Sequence record: OK040170.1
Length of the DNA stretch: 64,000 bases
Strand: one strand, 5' to 3'
The notes beneath the pieces are model-generated. The model saw only the letters and a list, made by a program, of their open reading frames with translations, was not told where the DNA came from and made no database searches. Positions 37,360 to 45,840 of the stretch are shown in pieces (position 1 is the stretch's first letter; each line of letters begins with the position of its first letter). The translations under genes were made by a program, and so were the position numbers.

Positions 37360-37748
37360 TCGAATACGTTATCTCAGAAACACATATCACTGACAAGACA
37401 AAGAAACGCCTGAGTGAACAACTCGGCGAAGGTCGGGAGATTACTGCGGTTCTCTCCTTCGATCAGTCTTACGTCATGGAACGTAAAGGCCCTGACTTTT
37501 CTGGTCTGCTGGTAATCACCGGGCCACTGCTGGAATACCATATCTTCCGTAAGGTCGGTATGAAGTTCGTTCATGCAGGAGCCATGAAAACCTCCATTTC
37601 AACCGTGTCACTCAGCGATGATAACTACAACGCGATGGCCGGTCTGGGAGTGGAGGATAAACTCACCGCTCTTTCCCATAAGGTCAAAGAGCTCCACCCA
37701 CATATCCTCGCTTACTTTAAGACGGAGGAAATGAAAGGAGTACTCTGA
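37356..37748 (+). CDS. Hypothetical protein
   Basis: GTGA overlap. Confidence 0.65.
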   Translation: MIEYVISETHITDKTKKRLSEQLGEGREITAVLSFDQSYVMERKGPDFSGLLVITGPLLEYHIFRKVGMKFVHAGAMKTSISTVSLSDDNYNAMAGLGVEDKLTALSHKVKELHPHILAYFKTEEMKGVL

Positions 37749-38137
37749 TGAAGAAGTTGATCATCGGCGTTGTTGCGTTGATGCTGGCGGTTTCGTTCAG
37801 CATCTCGTTTAGCTACGCAAAAGATCCGGTCGTGTTCCGTGAGGGCTATATCTTCGAAGCTATATTCACGGGCGACGTAGTCCACGTTAAAACTTTTGAC
37901 TCCGGGGTTAATTGTACTTACGATAGTCGGGTTGATAACGTAGACGAGTTCGAAGGTAAATACTACACGATGCGGTACAGTTGCTGGATCATTCCTGCCA
38001 AGTACTTTAACAGCGTTCATCTGACTTACTACTACGACTCGGACACCTTTAATCTGATCTATCGGAGAAATTCGAAAGGAGAGATCATTTACGAAGGGAT
38101 TTGGGCCGCTAAGGATGTGCTCGATGTACGCCAGTAA
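37748..38137 (+). CDS. Secreted two-Cys protein (paralogue family member 1)
   Basis: Signal peptide ending SYA; C-x23-C with 'GKYYTMRYSC'. Confidence 0.75.
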   Translation: MKKLIIGVVALMLAVSFSISFSYAKDPVVFREGYIFEAIFTGDVVHVKTFDSGVNCTYDSRVDNVDEFEGKYYTMRYSCWIIPAKYFNSVHLTYYYDSDTFNLIYRRNSKGEIIYEGIWAAKDVLDVRQ

Positions 38138-38510
38138 AGCTCTCCTTGATCTGGAGGGGATACAGGTGCTACAGGTTGACAAGGAAGTCAATCTCCGTAC
38201 GCTAGTGAGCTATTACCCCGTACCTGACGCTCGGGATATTCTCCGCGCAATAGGTCACCCTTGGGTGGAAATAAAGAGCGACTATCGATCTATCTTCTAC
38301 TGTACGCTACGCAAAGGCACAGACCAGAAGCGGTCGTTCATGGATTCGGCTAAGGTGAATAGTTTCTTGAGCAAAGCCAAGGTCGAGGGTAAGGGTGCAT
38401 TACTCATCGTCCGCGGTTCACTGGTCTATTCAGAGGCCAAGGAAGGCGTTAAACGTAAAGTGCGAGTCTACCGTAATCAACTGGGAAATATAACGGAAGT
38501 GCTATTGTGA
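38115..38510 (+). CDS. Hypothetical basic protein
   Basis: RBS AAGGA before GTG; overlaps both neighbours. Confidence 0.55.
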   Translation: MCSMYASKALLDLEGIQVLQVDKEVNLRTLVSYYPVPDARDILRAIGHPWVEIKSDYRSIFYCTLRKGTDQKRSFMDSAKVNSFLSKAKVEGKGALLIVRGSLVYSEAKEGVKRKVRVYRNQLGNITEVLL

Positions 38511-38779
38511 TGAAACCTTCAAGTAAGAGTATTATCATTTCGTGGGTGGTGGCGATCATGTATATTCTTTACATCGTTGCCCTGATGGTATCGCCATTAC
38601 ATTGGCTACCGTGGATCATCGTTGTTCGAGTGATTCCTTTTATTGGTATTTGGCTCTACGATCGTTACAAGGGAAATAAAGCCCACGGGTTCTTCTCGTA
38701 CGTGCTTATGCCGCAAGGTATACTGTCCATAGCGATCTTAAACTTCAAACAGGATGTCAAGTACGTCTTTGGCAAATAA
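38507..38779 (+). CDS. Membrane protein
   Basis: 2-3 hydrophobic helices. Confidence 0.65.
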   Translation: MMKPSSKSIIISWVVAIMYILYIVALMVSPLHWLPWIIVVRVIPFIGIWLYDRYKGNKAHGFFSYVLMPQGILSIAILNFKQDVKYVFGK

Positions 38780-38790
38780 ACACAGAGAAG

Positions 38791-38818
38791 CTCTCCTAGG
38801 GATTATTCCCTAGGAGAG
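38791..38818 (+). terminator. Terminator hairpin
   Basis: CTCTCCTAGGGA-TTAT-TCCCTAGGAGAG. Confidence 0.7.
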
Positions 38819-38822
38819 TCCT

Positions 38823-38861
38823 ATTATATCCATTTCCAATTTTTTTGGTGTCTATATAACC
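38823..38861 (+). repeat. 39-bp block identical to 61793-61831, containing an early-type promoter
   Basis: ATTATATCCATTTCCAATTTTTTTGGTGTCTATATAACC at both sites. Confidence 0.85.
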
Positions 38862-38919
38862 AGCGCGAAGGTCTATAGTAAAACCTTCTTTTCAAACGTT
38901 ACAATAAAGGATTATAAAG

Positions 38920-39438
38920 ATGTTAAGTTCCCTGAAGAAGTGGGCAAAGACCGTCGTCTTTAACTACCGGGCAGATAAAGCCTGGGGTTCGGATGATGAA
39001 ACTAAAATGGAGTATCTCGCTGCTATTAGAGCAATGGATTTTTGGAAGTTCAGAGAGATGCGTTTTTTCACAAAGATGGCCACCGAGGACTTTGTTAGGG
39101 TACATAATCTTACCGATCCTTTAAAGATAGCTGATGGATCAATGTTGGTCCATCGCTTACTCTCCAAGTCGACATTCAGTGCGGCGCTTAAGGTGCTCGG
39201 TATACTCTCCATATACTACACCTTCCCGGTAGAAGGGGCTGTTCTTGGTACGTGTGCATTATTAGCTCACATACGCTTCTTGTACGTAAGAGAGCTGAGA
39301 TACTTAACTATCAAGATAATCCTGGAAACTGAACATAAAGAGTTGGACGGTTGCACCCGTCCAACTCTGGCTACGTGTCTTAAATCATACGTGGTTCGGA
39401 TTAAACCAATTATAAAAAGGAGGTTAGGACTTAACTAA
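38920..39438 (+). CDS. Hypothetical membrane-associated protein (AT-rich codons)
   Basis: RBS AAGGA; first gene after the promoter. Confidence 0.7.
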   Translation: MLSSLKKWAKTVVFNYRADKAWGSDDETKMEYLAAIRAMDFWKFREMRFFTKMATEDFVRVHNLTDPLKIADGSMLVHRLLSKSTFSAALKVLGILSIYYTFPVEGAVLGTCALLAHIRFLYVRELRYLTIKIILETEHKELDGCTRPTLATCLKSYVVRIKPIIKRRLGLN

Positions 39439-39444
39439 CTCCGC

Positions 39445-39478
39445 TAACCGGGTCAGGTTATGATCCCTGGCTCGGTTA
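39445..39478 (+). terminator. Long hairpin with G-U pairs
   Basis: TAACCGGGTCAGG-N8-CCTGGCTCGGTTA. Confidence 0.6.
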
Positions 39479-39533
39479 CATACTAATTTAAAATACGTAA
39501 AAAATTACTTACTTACTTAAAAAGGAAACTATA

Positions 39534-39854
39534 ATGAAAACAATCATTACCGTACTAACTACTGTTCTTATTGCAACTGTACCTTTCCTTCCTAAAGCGG
39601 AAGCAAGCAACGTCTACCATACCGACAAAGGTGTTACATTCACCATTGATGGTAAGTTAGCAGAAATCGAACAAAACGGTAAAGTCACCAAGTGTGCTTT
39701 GGTAATCAGTAAAGATGCCACCTCTGCCTGGAAATGCAGCAACGGCAAGCAGCTCTGGATTCGTAACAAGCCGGAAAGTGAACTGATCACGTTCGCTATC
39801 TTCGATCTGAAAGATGACTACCCGGACTTCATTGATTCGGTTCTGAAGAAATAA
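39534..39854 (+). CDS. Secreted two-Cys protein (family member 2)
   Basis: Signal peptide ending AEA; 'TKC...AWKC'. Confidence 0.75.
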   Translation: MKTIITVLTTVLIATVPFLPKAEASNVYHTDKGVTFTIDGKLAEIEQNGKVTKCALVISKDATSAWKCSNGKQLWIRNKPESELITFAIFDLKDDYPDFIDSVLKK

Positions 39855-39928
39855 CCAAAATTACGGAGGGGTTATCCCCTCCTCTAATAACTAAATACAA
39901 ACACTTTAAACTTAAAAAGGAAATAACA

Positions 39929-40381
39929 ATGAACCCGATCCAACACCTCAAAAAATTCGTTAAGTCAGACGTAGAAGGTCATGCTTTCATCGCGCTATCT
40001 GATTCACCTTTCCAGACCGCAATTGTAAAATGCATTCTTGGGAACGAATTCGGTGAAGCGTTTGAATTGGCCAAGGCTAATAAAAACTCATTCAAATTCT
40101 TCGAAATAAAAGAACAGAAATATGCCGTAGTGGTGGCCAACGAATACGACTTCACAACCTACATGGACTTACCTGGACTAGTGAACCTGGAAACTGAACT
40201 GGGAACTCGCGTAATCGTCTTTGGAGAGTATGCCCAAGGCGAAGTGCTGGGTAACCTGTTAATCGCTGTTGGGGCTTCCTGGTACGGTTTTACGGCGCCA
40301 TGGAAACATCACAACGATGCTCTCCATTATGTCACTTCCAGATATGCCGGTTGTGAAATGGCTCAGTGCAAAATTGCTTAA
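39929..40381 (+). CDS. Hypothetical protein
   Basis: RBS AAGGA; flanked by hairpins. Confidence 0.7.
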   Translation: MNPIQHLKKFVKSDVEGHAFIALSDSPFQTAIVKCILGNEFGEAFELAKANKNSFKFFEIKEQKYAVVVANEYDFTTYMDLPGLVNLETELGTRVIVFGEYAQGEVLGNLLIAVGASWYGFTAPWKHHNDALHYVTSRYAGCEMAQCKIA

Positions 40382-40450
40382 CAAACTTTACTAGGGGACA
40401 TGTTCCCCTAGTTTATTCTCACTTGTCCCAATCTTAATTAGGAAAACCAA

Positions 40451-40810
40451 ATGAAACTCATCCACGCTATCTTCGCTATCGCTCTTCTGACTTTTGCTGG
40501 TTCTGCTTATGCTAACAACTATCGTCTGTACGATGACTACAGCAATGAGATTACTCTTCGCGGTAACCTGCTGAAAATTAAGAACGACGCACACGGCGGT
40601 GTTACTCGTTGTACCTTCAACGAAAACATCACGGGTAAAGAAAGTGATGGTACAACTTACCGTGGCGCTAACTACCTTTGTGGTGGTAAGATGTGGGCTA
40701 CCTTCACCACTAACCAAGAACGTCACACTGTAGAGGTTAGCGTCTTCCTGTACAAAGATACTCTCTACACCAAAGAACTGCCGCTGGCTGCTCTTGAACT
40801 CATCGACTAA
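40451..40810 (+). CDS. Secreted two-Cys protein (family member 3)
   Basis: Signal peptide ending AYA; 'TRC-x22-C'. Confidence 0.8.
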   Translation: MKLIHAIFAIALLTFAGSAYANNYRLYDDYSNEITLRGNLLKIKNDAHGGVTRCTFNENITGKESDGTTYRGANYLCGGKMWATFTTNQERHTVEVSVFLYKDTLYTKELPLAALELID

Positions 40811-40828
40811 TCAATAAGGCAATCTGAC

Positions 40829-41170
40829 ATGAACCGTTTTATCATCGTATTACTGGCTTTGATTTCTTTTAGCGCTTATGCTGACACCACGACCCTTAGT
40901 GAGGGAACTGACTTTAATGCCGTGATCGGTGATAAAACCTCAGTCGTTAATTACGACGACCAGACCCTGTATTGTGAATTAGAGAAGACCAGCCGGGAAC
41001 TCGATTCAGAATACGGCAAGTATCAACTGAAACTCTATAGCTGTGGCGCCAACATCATGTTCGCCCACAAGACCTACGACAGCCAACCTTTCACGCAAGC
41101 TATCATCGGTGACAAGGCAACCAATGTAGTTTACTACAGCAACTACTTCAATAAGGAAACAACTAAATGA
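40829..41170 (+). CDS. Secreted two-Cys protein (family member 4)
   Basis: Signal peptide ending AYA; 'LYC...GKYQLKLYSC'. Confidence 0.8.
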   Translation: MNRFIIVLLALISFSAYADTTTLSEGTDFNAVIGDKTSVVNYDDQTLYCELEKTSRELDSEYGKYQLKLYSCGANIMFAHKTYDSQPFTQAIIGDKATNVVYYSNYFNKETTK

Positions 41171-41532
41171 AATTCGTTATCGCGTTATTCGTAGCCGTAC
41201 TGTCCCTGGCGTCTTTCTCTGCCAATGCAAGTCTGATCCATATGAGCGATGCACCTGAATACGATTTCGTAGTAGGTGACACTACTGCTCGGGTCAAAAA
41301 CCTGCAAACCAATAAAACCTCTCGCTGTACGCTGATGTACAATGACAACGGTATCGATAAAGATAACCTCGTCTACGTCGTTAGCTTCTTCCAATGCGAT
41401 GCAGGATTCGAGCTGATGGCCAAGATCACAACCGAGAACGGCAACATCATCGTAGCCATGATTCGTAACGGTGCCAATAAAGAGTTCTATCGCAAGTACG
41501 CTCCTAAAGGTACTTGGGTTGTCATGAACTAA
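41167..41532 (+). CDS. Secreted two-Cys protein (family member 5)
   Basis: Signal peptide ending ANA; 'SRC...FFQC'. Confidence 0.8.
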   Translation: MKFVIALFVAVLSLASFSANASLIHMSDAPEYDFVVGDTTARVKNLQTNKTSRCTLMYNDNGIDKDNLVYVVSFFQCDAGFELMAKITTENGNIIVAMIRNGANKEFYRKYAPKGTWVVMN

Positions 41533-41651
41533 ACCGATCCCTCTACCTATCCGGGTAGGGGGATTATTTTACGTATTACTCTTTTATTTTTTATGAACGC
41601 GAAACGTTTCTGAACTCCCCCGTTTCAGAAACCTCTTAATCTCCCGCTAAG

Positions 41652-42437
41652 GTGGTACAGATGGGTCGTCAAAAAGCCGCGACAGTTAAACGTCGCGATG
41701 TTCGTAAAGCAAAAAGACAAAACAACCGTGGCATTGATAATCTGGTAGAGTTCCCGACTGCCGGTGGTCACGACGTTATCGGCATGGCTAAAGAGAAGCG
41801 CGATACAAGCCCTCTGGAGCCACGTAACGATAACCAAGCGCAATACCTTAACGCTTTAGAACTAAGCAACATCGTCGTTTCTACGGGCTCCGCTGGTGCA
41901 GGTAAAACCTATATCTGCGCTGCCTGGGCAGCTGATCGTCTTCTGGCAAAAGAGACTGATCGGATTATCGTAACGCGTCCTGTGTTGACTGCTGAAGAAG
42001 ATCTGGGTTTCTTGCCCGGTGACATCTCCGAAAAATTCCGCCCGTTCTTCCGTCCAGTTTACGACGTGTTGCGTAAACGCCTGGGTAATAGCTTCCTCGA
42101 GTATTGCCTGAAACCGATGATCGAGAAAGTCGAGATTGCACCTTTCGCTTATATGCGTGGTCGTACATTCGATGATGCGGTTGTCATTCTGGACGAAGCT
42201 CAGAACGTTACTGTCAACCAGATGCGTCTCTTCATTACGCGTATCGGCATGAACTCCACTGTAATTATCAATGGCGACATTGAGCAGTGCGATCTGCCAA
42301 ACAAAAACGATTCAGGTCTGCTTGATCTGATTCGTCGTATTGAAGAACGGGATATTGACATTCCCGTAATCAAGTTCGTTAAGGATGACTGCGTGCGTTC
42401 ACCGATCTGTCAGCTGGGTCTGGAGATTTATTCGTAA
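41652..42437 (+). CDS. phoH: PhoH-family ATPase
   Basis: 'GSAGAGKT', 'TRP', 'LGFLPGD', 'AYMRGRTF', 'ILDEAQN', 'GDIEQCD'. Confidence 0.93.
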   Translation: MVQMGRQKAATVKRRDVRKAKRQNNRGIDNLVEFPTAGGHDVIGMAKEKRDTSPLEPRNDNQAQYLNALELSNIVVSTGSAGAGKTYICAAWAADRLLAKETDRIIVTRPVLTAEEDLGFLPGDISEKFRPFFRPVYDVLRKRLGNSFLEYCLKPMIEKVEIAPFAYMRGRTFDDAVVILDEAQNVTVNQMRLFITRIGMNSTVIINGDIEQCDLPNKNDSGLLDLIRRIEERDIDIPVIKFVKDDCVRSPICQLGLEIYS

Positions 42438-42443
42438 CCATTG

Positions 42444-42467
42444 GGTAGAGGGCTTCGGCTCTCTACC
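42444..42467 (+). terminator. Intrinsic terminator (UUCG)
   Basis: GGTAGAGGGC-TTCG-GCTCTCTACC. Confidence 0.75.
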
Positions 42468-42488
42468 TTATTCGAATTCTTTTCAGAA

Positions 42489-42506
42489 CTATATCACTTA
42501 TTTGAA
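42489..42506 (+). promoter_or_regulatory. Early-type phage promoter
   Basis: CTATATCACTTATTTGAA. Confidence 0.7.
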
Positions 42507-42541
42507 TGAACATTTAATAAAACATATTGGAGTTTTTAAAG

Positions 42542-42658
42542 ATGGGTGATTTCTTGGACTTTATCATGGGTGCTATTCTTTGTTCTGCTGCTGCGGGGGA
42601 ATTGGACGAAGAAGAGGAAGAGCTGGAAGTTGAAGAAGTAGAGGATGAAGACGATTAA
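42542..42658 (+). CDS. 38-aa highly acidic peptide (not in the ORF track)
   Basis: RBS GGAG. MGDFLDFIMGAILCSAAAGELDEEEEELEVEEVEDEDD. Lies between a promoter and a hairpin. Confidence 0.7.
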   Translation: MGDFLDFIMGAILCSAAAGELDEEEEELEVEEVEDEDD

Positions 42659-42669
42659 GTTCGTTCTTC

Positions 42670-42689
42670 GGCAGGGGTAGTTCCCTGCC
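42670..42689 (+). terminator. Terminator hairpin
   Basis: GGCAGGGG-TAGT-TCCCTGCC followed by CTCTATTTTTT. Confidence 0.65.
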
Positions 42690-42698
42690 CTCTATTTT

Positions 42699-43010
42699 TT
42701 GTTTTGTCTAATAAGGAGATTCGTTGTGCCCCGTTTACTTACGTTGATTGTTCCGATTTATGCTGCTGCACTTACTTATATTTTCTCAGTGATCTACAAA
42801 GACCTCAGTGAAGATACACTCATGGTTATTACTACGCTGGGTTTCTCCGGAGTAGTCGTTTGCATTATGCTTTATAGCTACGGTATCTTCCGTAGTACGA
42901 ATCGCCTCAAGGCGTGGCTGGAGAAAGGGTACTTGGATTACCTGTCGATGATCCCAAGTATTTCATTCGCCGTTTCATTAACGATCCTTTTCTACATCAT
43001 GGACATTTAA
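42699..43010 (+). CDS. Membrane protein
   Basis: Three hydrophobic segments. True start is probably the GTG just after RBS AAGGAG. Confidence 0.6.
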   Translation: MFCLIRRFVVPRLLTLIVPIYAAALTYIFSVIYKDLSEDTLMVITTLGFSGVVVCIMLYSYGIFRSTNRLKAWLEKGYLDYLSMIPSISFAVSLTILFYIMDI

Positions 43011-43011
43011 A

Positions 43012-43341
43012 ATGATAGAGTATATTCGTTCTGAGAATTTCCTGTCTGGCTTTTACTTCGTTCTCTTCGTGATGTCAACCTTCACGTTCATCGGGATTCG
43101 TCACTCTGAAGTCATTGGTCAGTTGACTAGAGCGACGACTTGGGTGTTGGTCGCAGCTGGTCTTATGACTATCTTTGGTTTTGTGGTTATCGCGCCCATT
43201 ACCGAAGACTGGAGTCATCTCGGCTTCCTGCCCTTCACTTCGTTCCTCGGTTACGTTGTAGCCAGGGTCACTACGTCGATGGAGAACGAGAGAGTCGATA
43301 ACAAGTCTAAACGACGGAGCATTCACCATGCTAAAGACTGA
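43012..43341 (+). CDS. Membrane protein (3 TM)
   Basis: Hydrophobic profile. Confidence 0.7.
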   Translation: MIEYIRSENFLSGFYFVLFVMSTFTFIGIRHSEVIGQLTRATTWVLVAAGLMTIFGFVVIAPITEDWSHLGFLPFTSFLGYVVARVTTSMENERVDNKSKRRSIHHAKD

Positions 43342-43627
43342 CCAAAAATACCCGCGTCGTGGCGGGGCGGTAGAGAACTTAATCTACCTCGTGCAATTCG
43401 TGGTGGTTGTCTTTGGGTACTTCCAGTTCTTGGTTGAACCTGAAGACATTTACAACCAACTGGTCTTTATTTTCATTGCGTCGATTATCATTGAGAATCT
43501 GGCAGTACTGTGGATTCTCCGTGCTAAGATCGTTACCTCGGTCACTAACGCAGTTATCTGGTGTGCGTTGGGATCGGTTCTGGGTTGTGTTATTACGGCC
43601 TGGTACTTTGAGGTATTCACGCTTTAA
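43328..43627 (+). CDS. Membrane protein (3 TM)
   Basis: RBS GGAG; hydrophobic profile. Confidence 0.7.
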   Translation: MLKTDQKYPRRGGAVENLIYLVQFVVVVFGYFQFLVEPEDIYNQLVFIFIASIIIENLAVLWILRAKIVTSVTNAVIWCALGSVLGCVITAWYFEVFTL

Positions 43628-43639
43628 AGGAATCGCTAG

Positions 43640-44221
43640 ATGTCAAATCTTTACTTCTACTACGCTTCCATGAACTCAGGGAAATCGACCACGCTTATTC
43701 AGTCGGCCTATAACTACCGTGAACGTCGTATGCGTCCTCTGGTAATGAAGCCTGCAATCGATACGCGTGACTCTGAGCAAGAAGTCGTCAGTCGAATCGG
43801 CCTTCACGTTGAAGCTGTCATCATCCGTGAAGAGATGGATCTTCCAAGTTATATCCGTAACGACATTTTGTTAAACGGAAAGCTGGATTGTATCCTGGTT
43901 GATGAGGCTCAATTCCTCACCGCTGCTCAAGTAAGTCAGTTAGCCTTCATTGTAGACGCTATGGATATCCCAGTGCTCTGCTATGGGCTGCGTAACGACT
44001 TCCGTGGTGAAGCGTTCCCTGGTTCTGCTCGGTTGTTAGCAATGGCTGACAAGTTGGTAGAAATCAAATCGATCTGTTGGTGCGGTTCTAAATCTACTCA
44101 TGTTCTCCGTTTGGATGGCGAGGGTAAGGTTCTGCGTTCCGGGCCACAGGTTCAGATTGGGGGTAACGATAGCTACGTAGCTGTCTGCCGTAAACATTGG
44201 CGGGAGGGGAAATATGAGTAG
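43640..44221 (+). CDS. tdk: Thymidine kinase (type II, bacterial-like)
   Basis: 'YASMNSGKST', 'LVDEAQFL', 'YGLRNDF', Zn motifs 'CWCG' and 'VCRKH'. Confidence 0.95.
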   Translation: MSNLYFYYASMNSGKSTTLIQSAYNYRERRMRPLVMKPAIDTRDSEQEVVSRIGLHVEAVIIREEMDLPSYIRNDILLNGKLDCILVDEAQFLTAAQVSQLAFIVDAMDIPVLCYGLRNDFRGEAFPGSARLLAMADKLVEIKSICWCGSKSTHVLRLDGEGKVLRSGPQVQIGGNDSYVAVCRKHWREGKYE

Positions 44222-44462
44222 TGCGTGTAAGGTTGCCATTGCCGTTACACTGGCATGTTTGACGGTGTTAACTTTGGCACTCGCCGTTCCTAACTTTCAC
44301 GATGTCGTTCCTTTCTGGATCGCACCTATCGCTTCGATCGTTTCTTTCATTGTAGCGGTCGGACTCTTCGTTAGTAAATACCGCGAGGCCAAATGGGCTA
44401 TTATCGTCCAGTACGTTTCGCTGTACGTCTATATCGTGTCAGTTATCTGTATCAGTAACTAA
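44214..44462 (+). CDS. Membrane protein (3 TM)
   Basis: RBS GGAGG; hydrophobic. Confidence 0.7.
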   Translation: MSSACKVAIAVTLACLTVLTLALAVPNFHDVVPFWIAPIASIVSFIVAVGLFVSKYREAKWAIIVQYVSLYVYIVSVICISN

Positions 44463-44466
44463 GCGT

Positions 44467-44497
44467 AGGGAGGGGTTAATTCCTCTCCCTTATTTTT
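44467..44497 (+). terminator. Intrinsic terminator
   Basis: AGGGAGGGG-TTAATT-CCTCTCCCT followed by TATTTTT. Confidence 0.7.
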
Positions 44498-44560
44498 AAC
44501 CTAAAGGGAACGTATTATGAATAATGCGCATTTCTCCTGGCCTGATGAGTGGTACTGTTA

Positions 44561-45001
44561 ATGTCTGAACATTCGCGCGTAGTTAACGAAGATGGCACCA
44601 TTACTATCTTCGTAAGTAAGTTAGGTGTCCCGTCTAAAATCGACGGACGGATCTATAACGCTTCGGAAGAAGTAATCGATAAGTTCACTAAGGACAACAT
44701 CGGTAAAGTCGTAGGTACGTTTGGGCACCCGGACATGACCGGCTTTGTCGACGTCGCCGATTACTTCAAACGACTCGAAGCAAAAGATCTGTTTAACAGC
44801 ATCGGGATCTTGGTAGACGCCAACCTTAAGGTAGACGAGCCGTATCTCGTAATCGAACCGAGCAAGCGCCTCAAAAAGATGGTTGACGATAACGTACCAT
44901 TTGGGCTGGGTATACGCGCTATTGTGATCGCGCATTCTCTTGAGTCGAACAATGTTCTGACTATTGAAAAACTCATCGGCTACGATGTCGTCACTAAGTA
45001 A
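44561..45001 (+). CDS. Prohead-protease-like (T4 gp21/S80-type fold) protein, probably degenerate
   Basis: 'DGRIY...GTFGHP...FGLGIRA...IGYDVV' mirrors the NGRxY / GExGHP / SxRG / txDxV order. Confidence 0.45.
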   Translation: MSEHSRVVNEDGTITIFVSKLGVPSKIDGRIYNASEEVIDKFTKDNIGKVVGTFGHPDMTGFVDVADYFKRLEAKDLFNSIGILVDANLKVDEPYLVIEPSKRLKKMVDDNVPFGLGIRAIVIAHSLESNNVLTIEKLIGYDVVTK

Positions 45002-45051
45002 CTAAAAACATGAGGGCTTCGGCCCTCTATTATTTTTGTCAGGAGATCACC

Positions 45052-45603
45052 ATGGCTAACAAAACGAGAGAACAGCTGCTCGAAGAATTGAAAGTAGCAA
45101 TTAACGCAAACGTCCAACATTGCTCCCGCATCGCAAAAACAAAAGAAGAAGCGGCCGTCATGGTCGCCGGGTCTATCCTCCGTATTCTGGACGGGGTAAC
45201 TTCTTCTTTCCCTCACGCAGTTAACCTGGTGGCTAACGCGAACACGAAAGAGGATAAAGATTATCTTCGCTCAACTAACCGTGATTGGCTGAGTGAGGAC
45301 ACCGACTTTACTCCGATGGATTATATCTATAAAACGATAACGATCGATTACCAGCCTGCAGATTTCTTCCCGTCTTTAGTTAAGCGCTATAAGGACATGG
45401 CTATGTCACTTAATCTAGAAGACCCTACCATGACAGGTAGTCATTTAGTCTGGATGTTAGAAGAGATGGCTTCTAATGAGGATCAGTCCGATACCAAGAA
45501 ACATCGTTGGTTAGGTTACATCCAGGGCATCCTTATTGCGCACGGCGTAACTACCGTCGATAAAGAACGTAACTTTACTCGGAGGATCTTCAATGGTGCG
45601 TAA
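45052..45603 (+). CDS. Conserved phage hypothetical protein
   Basis: ATG 45052 after RBS AGGAG. C-terminal 'HLVWML...KKHRWLGYIQG...ERNFTR' pattern. Confidence 0.75.
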   Translation: MANKTREQLLEELKVAINANVQHCSRIAKTKEEAAVMVAGSILRILDGVTSSFPHAVNLVANANTKEDKDYLRSTNRDWLSEDTDFTPMDYIYKTITIDYQPADFFPSLVKRYKDMAMSLNLEDPTMTGSHLVWMLEEMASNEDQSDTKKHRWLGYIQGILIAHGVTTVDKERNFTRRIFNGA

Positions 45604-45718
45604 GGTTTGGGAACGTCGATTAGAGATCATTATTGTTTTGGTCTTTGTTGTTTGTATCCCGGCCGCAGTAGTCGCGGCATTGATGTTCCTTCTGGAAATG
45701 AACGGTAGCCTTAAATGA
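45593..45718 (+). CDS. 41-aa single-TM peptide (not in the ORF track)
   Basis: RBS GGAGG; starts MVRKVWERRLEIIIVLVFVVCIPAAVV. Confidence 0.55.
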   Translation: MVRKVWERRLEIIIVLVFVVCIPAAVVAALMFLLEMNGSLK

Positions 45719-45840
45719 ATTCTAAAGAAAACTTCATTTCATGGATTAACTCGATAGTAACCGCTGCAGTAATTGCGCTGCCGGTACTAATCTCGATGAT
45801 CTTACTCCTTTACTTTTCTACTGGCGGGGAAGTCTACTGA
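45715..45840 (+). CDS. 41-aa single-TM peptide (not in the ORF track)
   Basis: Overlaps both neighbouring start/stop codons; starts MNSKENFISWINSIVTAAVIALPVL. Confidence 0.55.
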   Translation: MNSKENFISWINSIVTAAVIALPVLISMILLLYFSTGGEVY

